Under the pieces are notes generated by a model. That model ran no database searches. It was given only the letters and a program-made list of their open reading frames with translations, and had not been told where the DNA came from. The position numbers were made by a program, and so were the translations under genes. Positions 11,143 to 22,599 of a stretch of DNA of 64,000 nucleotides are shown in pieces. Numbering within the stretch: the stretch's first letter is position 1; every line of letters starts with the position of its first letter. The stretch is from Eledone cirrhosa (lineage: Eukaryota): NCBI GenBank assembly GCA_964016885.1, contig OZ024742.1, positions 274,350,001 to 274,414,000 of the forward strand, in the 5' to 3' direction.

Positions 11143-12215
11143 ATATTTATACAAATAATAATAATTGTTTCTACTTTTGGCACCAAGGCCAAGCGTGAAA
11201 CTAATACTAATATCATTTGTCCTGCCTCTTTGTTTTTTTCTGTTTTTTGTTTTCTGTTATATATATATTTAAACAAACGCACACACTCACACACACACAC
11301 ACACAAGCGAGACAACAACACACGCACACACACACACAAGCGAGACAATGACACACACACAGTAGCATTCACCAAACAGGCAGGGAATACTGCCACCACC
11401 ACACACTATTCAACACCGCTAATACAGAAACCAGCACGGGCAGATAATAGAATGGATTGACAGCTAACTCCACCCCACTCCCACAATTATAATAACTATT
11501 TCCGCCGCTGACCTCAGCTTGACCGACCACATTTTACGCGCGCGAGCGCTGTGCTGAATACCTCAGATATTCAAAACAACGAACAGCGGAGGACAACATG
11601 CATCGCTCCTATCCGACATATCCCCCCCCCTGGAAAACCCCCCTGTTGATGGATGTGAATCCGAAATATAGGGACAATTAAATCTATCTCGAGTTATAAT
11701 TTTTATTTTTAAGCTCTTTCCTACGTTCTTCTACACACTATACATCTCATTCTACATTCACTTACATCTCTCTCTTCACCACCGGATCTTGTTACCCGGA
11801 GAATTACCCACCTGCATTGTTGAGGCTTCCAAAACGACCTAAAGAAAATATATCTTATTATTCCACAATGCTTCAAGCAAATTTCAATACTCTATTATAT
11901 ATATATATATACACAGTTAAAGAGTAACCAATCTTAAAGAGAGAGATGGAGATAGTAGAGGAGATATGAGAGGAGAGATTGGTGAGTTAGTTAGAAGCCA
12001 AAGCGTAAAGGCATGTGCTCAATGTGCAATATGCAGTAGAAAGCAGCTAGGTGGCTGGGTTCATGCAGAAGTTAGGTACGCAGAGCTGGAAATATTCATT
12101 AGTTAAGCAAAACAAGACCACAAACTTTACAAGGAAGACATTATTAAAAGATTGTCAACATATTTTAGTTTGATGTAAGGAATGTAGAGAATAATAATAA
12201 TAATATTAATAATAA

Positions 12216-12504
12216 TTGTTTCTACTTTAGGCACAATGCCAGCAATTACCCAGTGCATTACTGGTACTTTATTTTTATCGACCCCGTAAGGATGAAAGGT
12301 AAAGTCAACCTCGGCGGGATTTGAACTCAGATCGTAAAGGGACGTAACTATGCTGGAAAGCATGGCGTCCAACCCTCCACCGATACTGCCAATCCACCGC
12401 CCAATAATATTAATAATAATTGTTTCTACTTTAGGCACAAGGCCAGCAATCATCCAGTACATTACTGGTACTTTATTTTATCGACCCCGTAGGATGAAAG
12501 GCAA
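12216..12504 (-). mobile_element. SINE (full 12216-12402 + partial 12420-12504) inserted in the left PLE arm
   Basis: Same SINE family; absent from the right arm, where the site reads ACATTATTATTCTC (an (AAT)3 target). Confidence 0.9.
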
Positions 12505-12518
12505 TATCAATAATGTCC

Positions 12519-12638
12519 GTTTACAATTGTTTCGCTACTCCATATAATATTTCTGGATCAGATGACAATATATCATAATTGATCTGGTTCAGTTGAAAAT
12601 AATTAACATATTTAAAAAACAGAGTGGCTCATCGGAAC
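12519..12638 (-). ncRNA. Variant hammerhead motif (CCGAUGA core, long domain II), left-arm copy
   Basis: Mirror of 14619-14738. Confidence 0.6.
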
Positions 12639-13402
12639 TTCAAAGGAATATAAATTAAAATGGGATAATGTTACATAATATAATGTTCCATATATTGGTT
12701 TCTACTATGGTGTCTTGGTTGCATCAGTTGTCAGCCATAATTAAGCAGTATTCATCTGTCGAGCCTGCATTGTGTGAGATCTGCCTATGGGTAACAAGAT
12801 GGCTGCCAAAGGGCTTATTTACCTTACTAATTAGAGAGTGGTTTCAGAGGAAGTAACTTCTCGAGAGATTAGAGATTGTGAGTGTTTATAGTTAAGTGCT
12901 AGTTTTTAAATTTTTTAATTGAGAGACAATGTAGGGGAGGTAACTTATAATTATCTAGTTGTTCATAGCAATTTAACTTATTAGCTACAAGTAAAATTGG
13001 GGCTACATGACTCAGTTGGGTCAAAAATGTTATTGGCGAAGGAATTAACCCTTCGATGTCGACAGCTAATGTTTACCTCCGTTCTATTTTTAATCGGTAG
13101 AGGTCGTGATAGAGTTATGTAATATGCTTCCGTAACACAGAGATCACAAGATTTTCTTCGTCCATTGAACGGTTGGACCCTAGCATTTAGGTATGCCATA
13201 ACACCTAAATGTCATAATACCTAAATGCCATAACACAGCAACTCACCATAATAAACTTAACACTAGAACTAGAAATACCTTAGCATATAACCAGATTCGC
13301 CGGAATTTTATCAGTAACAGCACCTATACAGGGAACTTTAATGGTGGCAGCGGCCTGCTCCCCACTCCAAGTAGCAAACTAAAAATCAACCCTAGAATAG
13401 GC

Positions 13403-14245
13403 ATGAGAAATGGGATGACAAATAACAAATCCCAGGAAATAATAACCCTAAGAAGGCCTCTACCAACTCCACTAGAACCCCTAGAAGGAATAGACCTAGA
13501 AATATCACCTGGCTCAACCCCCATTCTCATCCAAACTCTTCCCGCCAACCATAGATATTACAAACTCTTTAATAAAAATAACATTAAAATCTCATTCTCC
13601 ACAACACCTAACCTAGCTAGCCACATCACGTTCAGTAATCATCATAAGCTAAGACAGTATAACTCCCACACCGCGGTACCACCACCCCTATCAAATACAC
13701 CACGCAACTACACCAATAATTACTCTAGTAGCACACCTCCCCCATCTAATCCTTCTAGCACGGACCTACCGCTTAGGTTAAACAACCCTACTCTCACTAA
13801 CTGCAGAAGCAACTGCAACTGCCGTTACCCCAATGCATGCCCATTAAATGGACACTGCCTGACACCCAACATAGTCTATAGGTGCACGGTTGAGACTGCT
13901 TCGAATACCAGCTCTTATATCGGGTCTACCTCTAACCCTGTTAAGGTACACTATAACGCGCACTCTTTTTCCTTCCGAGACCCTAGCAACAGATGTTTGA
14001 CATCGCTAGTTAGGTTGATTAAAAACCTTAAATTAAACAACGTCCAACACTCACTAAAATGGAATATCGTGGCTAAGGCCCAACCGTTCAATGGACGAAG
14101 AAAATCTTGTGATCTCTGTGTTACGGAAGCATATTACATAACTCTATCACGACCTCTACCGATTACCGATAGAACGGAGGTAACCATTAGCTGTCAACAG
14201 CGAAGGGCTAATTCCTTCGCCAATAGAATTTTTGACCCAACTTAG
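13403..14245 (+). pseudogene. PLE linker + GIY-YIG endonuclease (open 280-codon frame, 5'-truncated)
   Basis: HRYYKLFNKNNIKISFSTTPN, CNCRYPNACPLNGHCLTPNIVYRC, SYIGSTS, LKWNI, CDLCVTE. Confidence 0.88.
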
Positions 14246-14618
14246 TCATGTAGCCCCATTTTTACTTGTAGCTAATAAGTTAAATTGCTATGAACAACTA
14301 GATAATTATAAGTTACCTCCCCTACATTGTCTCTCAATTAAAAAATTTAAAACCTAGCACTTAACTATAAACACTCACAATCTCTAATCTCTCGAGAAGT
14401 TACTTCCCCTGAAACCACCCTCTAATTAGTAAGGTAAATATGCCTTTGGCAGCCATCTTGTTACCCATAGGCAGATCTCACACAATGCAGGCTCGACAGA
14501 TGAATACTGCTTGATTATGCCTGACAACTGATGCAACCAAGACACCATAGTAAAAACCAATATATGGAACATTATATTATGTAACAGTATCCCATTATTT
14601 AATTTATATTCCTTTGAA

Positions 14619-14738
14619 GTTCCGATGAGCCACTCTGTTTTTTAAATATGTTAATTATTTTCAACTGAACCAGATCAATTATGATATATAGTCATCTGAT
14701 CCAGAAATATTATATGGAGTAGCGAAACAATTGTAAAC
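14619..14738 (+). ncRNA. Variant hammerhead motif (CCGAUGA core, ~95-nt domain II)
   Basis: GTT-CCGATGA-GCCACTCTGT...ATGGAGTAGC-GAAA-CAATTG-TA-AAC; palindromic stem III ACAATTGT, GUA triplet; lies in the PLE 3' pseudo-LTR. Confidence 0.62.
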
Positions 14739-14842
14739 GGACATTATTATTCTCTACATTCCTTACATCAAACTAAAATATGTTGACAATCTTTTAATAA
14801 AGTCTTCCTTGTGAAGTTTGTGGTCTTGTTTGGCTTAACTAA

Positions 14843-14845
<3 letters not shown>

Positions 14846-14917
<72 letters not shown>

Positions 14918-15002
14918 GTATATATATCCATATATATATATACACATACATACACACACACACACACACGTATATATATGTATATATATATATATACACA
15001 CA
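14846..15002. repeat. (TA)n/(CA)n microsatellite
   Basis: TA/CA runs. Confidence 0.97.
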
Positions 15003-15009
15003 TTAGCAA

Positions 15010-18000
15010 ACAAAAGCGTACAGCCTGTAAAAGAAACTACATAAACATTTTTAATTTGCGTTATTTCTATAATTCCTTACAGTTGTTTCAAAGTGTAATT
15101 GAACTGCAAAGTGTAATTGAACACGTTTGCTAAATTACGTTATCGTCATTTACGCTGATGTGAGACCGTCTGGGGAGCATGCGGGCTGGTATAATGCACC
15201 TACTTGTAATGAGGTAGCCATCGTTATTAGTGGAGAGCAGCACAACAAGAGAGACATTATTATCAAGCGACGAGACAACAGCCTTAACAGAATAAGTGAA
15301 ACTCATCGCTCTTACGACGCACTCCAGTATCCGCTATTATTTGTTTATGGTGAGGATGGATACCATTTCGGAATTCATCAAATTAATTCCACAAACCAAG
15401 ATGAGCATATCACGAAAATTGTCACGTGCATGGATTGTTACGCTTACCGATTCATGATCCGCGACAACTGCTTCAACCAGATGCACCGATCAGAAGACCT
15501 CTTCAATCAATTTGCAGTTGATATGTTCGCAAAAATGGACGCCGAGAGATTATGCTTCATTTGACTTAATCAGAAACAATTTCGCTGTGACAGTTTCATT
15601 CACCTTCGTGACGGAATAAACAATGATGCAGATCCTGATAGTATTGGACTGTAGTACATCCTGCCTTCATCTTTCACAAGGAGTCATCGATTCTTTTTTC
15701 GAAAAAATTCAAGATACTTTAAATATTGTGCGCCTTTTCGGTAAACCAGATTTGTTTATTACTTTCACTTCAACCCCAAAATGGGAAGATATTCAGAAAG
15801 AACTATTTCCAGGTCAAAAAACCACAGCCAGGCAGGATCTTATTGCCAAAGTTTTCGACTGTAAGTTAATTAAGCTCATGGAACTTATCAAAACAGGTGA
15901 AATCTTTGGCCCAGTACAATGTGACATGCTTACAATTGAGTGGCAAAAACGAGGCTTGCCACATGCCCACATCTGATCTGGTTAAAAACAAAACTTAGGT
16001 CAGGTGAAATTGACAATGTCATTTCTGCTGAGTTTCCGGAACCGGCAATCGCCAGGTACCTTTATCAAAAAGTTAAAGCACACATGGTGCATGGCCCATG
16101 TGGACATGGATTTCACCATGGATAACCTACCGTGTGTTAAGGACAAGTCTAGGTGCACAAAGAAATTTCCCCGACTGTTCCTTAAGGACACTCAGACTGG
16201 TCATGACTGATACACACTATATCGCCGGAAAAGACCCGAAGATGGTGGATTCACAGCAAGGGTTGACAAACATGAGGTTGATAACAGATGGGTTGTTCCA
16301 TATAATCCACTCCTTCTAAAGATTTTTGATGCACACATCAACGTAGAATACTGTAATTCGATTAAGTCTATAAAATACATTTGTAAGTACATTAATAAAG
16401 GCTCTGATGCTGCTACGTTTGTATTACTTCGGGAAAACAGCCGAGATGAAGTGGCCCAGTACCAAACAGGAAGATAAATTAGCTCTAATGAAGCGTTCTG
16501 GCGGATTTTCGGATTATTTATACATCAACGGCATCCTGCTGTTCAAAAGCTTCAAGTGCATCTGGAGAACGGTCAGAGAGTATATTTTACGAATGCATCA
16601 GCTGCTCAGTTAGCACAAGAACCAAAGGATACTACTCTTAGCCCTTTCTTTAAACTATGTCAAGAAGATCCATTTTACTATACCTGGGACAAAAATACAT
16701 GGAAGCGAAGAAAAACAGGACAGTGTGTCGAAGGTTATCCGGGCATCAAGTCCAACGAGTGTTTGGGCAGAGTTTATACTGTGGCCCCAAACCAACACGA
16801 GTGCTTCCATCTTCCCATGCTACTACATGAGGTCAGAGGACTTACCTGCTTTGATGATCTCCGAACGTTCGACGGACAAGTTCTTCCAACATACACAAAG
16901 GCATGTTTGAGGCGTACATTGCTGGAAGATGGTTCGCAGTGGGATGCAATGATGGCGGAAGTGGCTCTTTCAAATTCACCTGCCAGCCTAAGAAATTTAT
17001 TTGCGGTACTTTTGCACTCGTGCAACTTATCTGATCCTTTGTCCTTGTGGATGAAATATAGGGATGAACTAACTGACGACTACAGACACCAAACACAATT
17101 GCTGCTTCCAGAAAGAGAGGTCGGCTTTAGTAATGAATTATATAACAGAGCTCTCATTGATATTGAGGACAAGTTATCTCTGATTGGAGGAAAGGTTTTA
17201 CGTGACTACGGTTTACCAGAAACTCATCGCACGGACTCAAACAAACTTTCCACAGATATCATACAGGAGACTTCTTATGGCATCCATGATCTCGGCCTCT
17301 ACGTCACAGATAATGAGCTAAAACTTCTAGCTGATCAGCGACTGGCTTATACCACCATTAGTGAATCGGTATTTCAAAGAAGAGGTAGCATATTTTTCCT
17401 CGATGCTCCAGGGAGACAGGAAAAACTTTCGTCACTAAACTTCTTCTTGCAAAGGTTAGACAGAATAAGGACAGAGCAATAGCAGTTGCGTCCTCTGGAA
17501 TCGCAGCAACTTTGCTTCCTGGTGGAAGGACGGCACATTCAGTTATTAAATTGCCCCTTGATTTGGCAAAATTGGAAACTCCTTCTTGTCATATCACCAA
17601 AGACTCCGAAAGGGCTTATCTGCTGCGAAGGTGTCACCTTATTGTTTGGGATGAGTGCACAATGGCGCACAAAGGTGCTCTTGAGGCACTAGACAGGTTT
17701 TTGCAAGACATACGGGATTGCAGTGATGTTATTGGGAGTGTCACCATTCTGCTATCAGGAGACTTCAGACAGACTCTTCCTATAATACCAAAAGGAACAA
17801 GAGCAGATGCGGTAAATGCATGTCTTAAGTATTCACCATTGTAGTGACAAGTGACATCATTAAGACTAACTACCAACATGCGTGCAAGGTTGCATGGGGA
17901 CCCTCTGTCATCAACATTTTCTGGAGACATACTTACAATAGGAGATGGTAACCTACCTCCGGATACAGATGGACACATAGCAATTGATCACATCTGCAAT

Positions 18001-19164
18001 GTAGTTGAAACTGTCGATGATCTCAAGGCGAGTGTATTCCCGAACTTGCGTGATAACTATACGAATCTTGATTGGCTATGCGAAAGAGCCATTCTTACAA
18101 CCAAAAATATCACGGTTAGCTGTATTAACGATCAGCTTCTTCAGCTTCTTCCTGGATGTCCACGGATATATAAATCTATTGATACTGTATGTGATCCACA
18201 TGATACGGTCAATTATCCAGTTGAATTTCTAAATTCTTTAAATCCTCCCGGTTTACCTCCTAATACATGGGTTCTGAAAGAGGAAACGCCAGTTATTTTG
18301 CTGAGAAATATCACTCCTCCAAAACTATGCAATGGTACACGCCTTGTGGTTAAAAAACTGTCTCCACTTAGTATTGACGCTACCATTCTATCCGGATGTG
18401 GAAAAGGCGAGGATGTGATAATAACAAAAATTAGCCTGTCTACATCAGGCGTGAATACTCCATTCTCCTTTCGCCGGACCCAATTTCCAATTCGCGTTGC
18501 CGTTGCGATGTCCATAAACAAGTCGCAAGGTCAAACAGTGTCCGTCGCAGGAATTCACTTGGATGAAACTTGCTTTTCGCACGGACAATTCTACGTTGCC
18601 TACTCACGAGTTGGCAGTAGAGATAATCTCTTTGCGTTTGTTCCGAAAAGAAAAACGAAGAATATCGTCTATCCTGAAATGCTTTAGTGTTAACAAAAAC
18701 ACTTATATCAGCTCTGCCTTGACTTCACCTTACTCATTACAAAACATACGAATGAATATGTCATGCAGGATATTTTGGATTATAAGTTCAAAATTTAACC
18801 ATACACAGCAAAGGATGCTCTCAAAGAATTTTCTCTTATTCTATTCTCATTGTTTTTTGTTTGTATACAACTCTGCTTTCATTATGACTTTTTGTACTTG
18901 AGCAAAACTGCCTGTTTTTTTTACATATTTGCAACGTGTATTCTCTTTAATTATTTGTTTAACTACATCCTGTTCAGTGTTTTCCTTCATTATCAACATA
19001 GTTTTATGTGTACAAAGACTGCACTAAATATTCGTTTGCATTAATTATTGAAGACTTCTGTTTATTTTGAGAGGTCGGGGACAAATAATTTTCTTCTTTT
19101 ACTTTCTAGCTGTATATTCTTAGCATAATTTCAAAACCCGGACAACGCCGGGTAAATCTGCTAG
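15010..19164 (+). mobile_element. Helitron (5'-truncated, canonical 3' end)
   Basis: RepHel coding remnant plus 3' hairpin ACCCGG-ACAACG-CCGGGT (19136-19153) and terminal CTAG (19161-19164) followed by T. Confidence 0.95.
15127..18687 (+). pseudogene. Helitron Rep (HUH endonuclease)/Pif1-like helicase, frameshifted
   Basis: YNAPT.NEVA, YDALQYPLLF, GKPDLFITFT, EWQKRGLPHAH, MVHGPCG, HLENGQRVYF, GGRTAHS, IVWDEC, GDFRQTLP, LCNGTRL, SINKSQGQT, FSHGQFYVA.SRV. Confidence 0.95.
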
Positions 19165-19281
19165 TATATATATATATGTGTGTGTGTGTATATATATATA
19201 TATAAATATATATATATATATGTATATATATAAAATAAAGTCAAATAAAAGTCAAATGATTAAAATTTAACTTCGTTTATT

Positions 19282-19336
19282 ACTGCTATATATATTTCAG
19301 TGACAGCCATCTTTGGCTGTGACCTCTTCAGGCAGT
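19282..19336 (-). ncRNA. Type I hammerhead ribozyme (intact copy)
   Basis: Minus: ACTGC-CTGAAGA-GGTCACAGCCA.AAGA.TGGCTGTCACT-GAAA-TATATA-TA-GCAGT, then AATAAA; stem III ATATATAT. Confidence 0.88.
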
Positions 19337-19566
19337 TTGAATTAGTATGGTATAGACAAGTACATATGTTGTTTAGGTGTATAATATTGTCAATACTCTG
19401 ATATGCCCAGTTCCTTGTTGGGTTGTTAATTCACTGAGGAACTGGAGTCATATGACTCCAGTTCCTCAGTGAATTAACAACCCAACAAGGAACTGGGCAT
19501 ATCAGAGTATTGACAATATTATACACCTAAACAACATATGTACTTGTCTATACCATACTAATTCAA

Positions 19567-19621
19567 ACTGCCTGAAGAGGTCACAGCCAAAGATGGCTGT
19601 CACTGAAATATATATAACAGT
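19567..19621 (+). ncRNA. Type I hammerhead ribozyme (mirror copy, one stem I mismatch)
   Basis: ACTGC-CTGAAGA-...-GAAA-TATATA-TA-ACAGT. Confidence 0.8.
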
Positions 19622-19767
19622 AATAAATGAAGTTAAATTGTAATCATTTGACTTTTATTTGACTTTATTTTACATTACTCCGGAGTAACCAAACCAACCT
19701 GCGCACTTCGTCGAGTGCTCCAGGATGCATACCGAGGTGTTGGTATACAACCAACATAAACTCAAAA

Positions 19768-19812
<45 letters not shown>

Positions 19813-19888
19813 CGAAGGAAATTTGGTAAGGAACCAGGTGGACCATAACGCACCAAAGTACTCAATACTTAGGGTAGTAGAGTGGGTA

Positions 19889-19999
19889 ATAGGAACGAGT
19901 AGGACGCCGACGGCTGAGCTCAAGCCGTTTCGACGGCTAACTCTGTCCAGAATTAGCCGTCGAAATGGCTTGTGCTCGGCCGTCGGGGTCCTACACGTT

Positions 20000-20004
<5 letters not shown>
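19889..20004. repeat. GC-rich ~116-bp hairpin (MITE-like fold-back)
   Basis: ATAGGAACGAGTAGGACGCCGACGG...CTCTG-TC-CAGAA...CCGTCGGGGTCCTACACGTTCCTAT; about six mismatches. Confidence 0.85.
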
Positions 20005-20056
<52 letters not shown>

Positions 20057-20115
20057 AGTAAGAATATTTTCTAAACAGCGAGTGGGTTTGAAATTATTAG
20101 AAATGTAAGCTATCG

Positions 20116-20301
20116 CCGTATTTTGACGAAAGAAATTAAAGAAATTATTTAGCCTGATAGTGGAGTTGAGAACCCTCGGAGAAATGGAAAAAGATGAGTA
20201 TTGACGTATATGTACGTCAATACTCATCTCTTTTCATTTCTACCAGGGTTCATAACCCCACGATCAGGCTAAATACTTTCTTTAATTTCTTTAGTCAAAA
20301 T

Positions 20302-20305
<4 letters not shown>
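20116..20305. repeat. 190-bp imperfect palindrome (MITE-like)
   Basis: CCGTATTTTGAC...TTGACGTATA|TGTACGTCAA...GTCAAAATACGG, centre 20210/20211; right end abuts (TA)n. Confidence 0.88.
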
Positions 20306-20369
<64 letters not shown>

Positions 20370-20373
<4 letters not shown>

Positions 20374-21360
20374 AGTTGTCGGTTATGTGACCTTGAGGTG
20401 TTCCACATTTTGAATTCGAAGAATAAGTTACTCAACATTAAAATCGAAAGATCAATTTATTGTAACCATAGACTCAAAGAAAAGATTTCGCACTGCAAGT
20501 GCAAATCGAACCCTTAACCTCTTACTACCACAAGACAAACTGCATATACTTAGACTTGCTACCCTCTTATTGTATCTAACCACTTTAATTAAACGCAAAA
20601 ACCGATACCTATATCCCTCCCTCCTCCTTCATTCCTTTTCTATTTCTTTTCGTTTTACTTCCTTTCTTCTCTCCCTTTTTTGCTATCTTTTCTTTTCCTC
20701 TTTCTCCCTCTCCCTTCTTTATTTATATTTTTATTTTTTTATATATATATTTATCTTCTATCCCCCCTCTCCCCCTCTCTCTCTCCATCCCTCCCACTAT
20801 AAACAATTTAATTCTCTTTAACTGCCTACACTGTAAATCGACGACATGAAGTCTACGAATCAAAACTGATCGAGGAATCCTTCCACCTCTACCGTTCCCT
20901 CCATCTCAGTTTGTCACTCTACTTCCTAATTCTTCTACCCCTTCCACTCTCTCTCTATACTACTCTGTTTGTCAATCCACTTTCTAATTCCTCTACCTCT
21001 CTGTCTATATTAGTAAATCCAATTTAATAAAAAATGTTTTTCTATATATTAAGAACTTTTTAAGAGTAATTTATTCACTTTTCTGAACATTTGGACGCGA
21101 ACAACAATTACTATTGAGTGGCTGCTATTTGCTTATAGCATTATAAAGTTGCACTTACCAATGAAATGTCGTAAATACCTGGATAAAATCCTTTTTTTAA
21201 TGCTTACCTGTGTTTTCTCTTTTATCCTTTATACTCCAAGATTGAACGTGATTCTTACAAACGTGTGGAGTTACCCCTAACCGTACGTTGAAACCGTCCA
21301 TGAAACTGGCTCTGTTAATCACGGACTGGATTACAATAAGCAATTTTCTGCTTCCCTAAA
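20370..21360 (+). mobile_element. PLE 3' remnant (end of GIY-YIG domain + 3' UTR) between (TA)n tracts
   Basis: RSCRLCDLEVFHIL...LLN...E....CNHR matches the PLE C-terminal CxxC..E..LN..CxH motif; decayed hammerhead near the 3' end. Confidence 0.75.
21247..21323 (+). ncRNA. Decayed hammerhead motif
   Basis: Stem I CGTGATT/AATCACG, stem II AACGTGTGG/CCGTACGTT and GAAAC...GTT retained, but the core reads CTTACA instead of CTGANGA. Confidence 0.5.
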
Positions 21361-21374
21361 TATATATATATATT

Positions 21375-21452
<78 letters not shown>

Positions 21453-21467
21453 AACAAATGAACATAC

Positions 21468-21501
<34 letters not shown>

Positions 21502-21884
21502 CTCTATGCAAACACACACATATAGAGAGAAAAGATTTATTAAAGATAAATTCTCATATATAGTGAGCATCACACACAACAAGAGGAATACACAAATCGC
21601 AAGGCACATACACGTACACACGAGTACACATACTTACAAGGAAGAATAAACATATACATACACCCACATACAGACTGTTGGATAAACATATATAGGAATG
21701 CACATATATATACACAAACAGATGGTAGGGTGAGGGGTGAGTCACGTAGATGAGGATAACCCAAATCTATAAAGAGTATGGCACATGCATGATGAATAGA
21801 AAATCGGTTTGTACACCAAAGTGACCAAATCGAGTGTTAGGGTTACAGTAGCAGAAAAAGTTCCGCGGTCCCCGAAGGATAACT

Positions 21885-22330
21885 TTACCTCCTCAGTGTG
21901 CATTCGCCAGTGAGACGGGTGAACAGATGGGTCCTTCGGTGCACATAGTTAAACAGGATATCAGAATTTGAGTTGATCACACACCAGCGTAGGTTAAGAA
22001 TTTCCACACTCTTGGTGATAGAGAGCCGAAACATCCTGCTGCTGCGACAACGAGGAATGCAAAATTGAGAATGTTCCACCTCAGCTTGAAGCTCCGATTC
22101 TCGTCCTTGAACTTCCAAACGCACTCATCCAGACTAGTGTGGTACCTTTGGCTACTGTGTCTAAAAGAGCAGATGTGGTTGCGGAAGCTGGATTTTAACG
22201 TAGTACTGGTGGAACCCCCACACACAGGCCCTCTTTCTCCGTGGAGACCGTAAAATTCCCGAGACTCTGCAGCGTTTGTTAAAGGGGTAGTAACGGGGGC
22301 ATCTGCGGTTGCAGTTCACCACTGGTTATC
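21885..22330 (-). pseudogene. PLE GIY-YIG fragment
   Basis: NCN.R......GSTSTTLKSSFRNHICSFRH....HTSL...VWKFK......LRWNI; IN...D.....VHRR. Confidence 0.72.
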
Positions 22331-22406
22331 CAGGCACGTTGCATGGTGCCGTGTTCGATGCGAGAGAAGGATTATTGCACTGGAGGTTTCGATCATTTAG
22401 GGATTG

Positions 22407-22561
22407 AACAGTGGTTAATAACGTGTGACATCAAAAATATACAACATCAGCGATATACACCAATATGTCGACATCTTTATATATATGGATGATGCTGTGT
22501 TAGTAAGGCATCATACTTTTGGTCGCTATATACTTGGTGTCACACGTTATTAACTAGTGTT
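22407..22561. repeat. Short TIR element (MITE-like)
   Basis: GTTAATAACGTGTGACATCAA (22414-22434) / TTGGTGTCACACGTTATTAAC (22534-22554). Confidence 0.7.
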
Positions 22562-22599
22562 TGCTCTCGATGGAAATGTCTTAACTTTTCACACAATCG

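Larger units (their letters stand above)
12092..14849 (+). mobile_element. 5'-truncated Penelope-like element with long inverted pseudo-LTR
   Basis: 12092-13184 (minus the SINE insert) is the reverse complement of 14072-14849; right end joins (TA)n. Confidence 0.9.
19231..19672. repeat. Spacerless 442-bp palindrome (2 x 221 bp)
   Basis: Centre GTCAT|ATGAC at 19451/19452; arms match with three mismatches, all in the outer ~60 bp. Confidence 0.97.

Noticed and set aside
15026-15082. Intron in Helitron RepHel (GT...TTCCTTACAG)
   Set aside because: The upstream exon is lost to truncation, so it cannot be supported without transcripts
17512-18687. Host PIF1 helicase gene
   Set aside because: Fused to a HUH Rep domain, frameshifted and followed by a Helitron terminus
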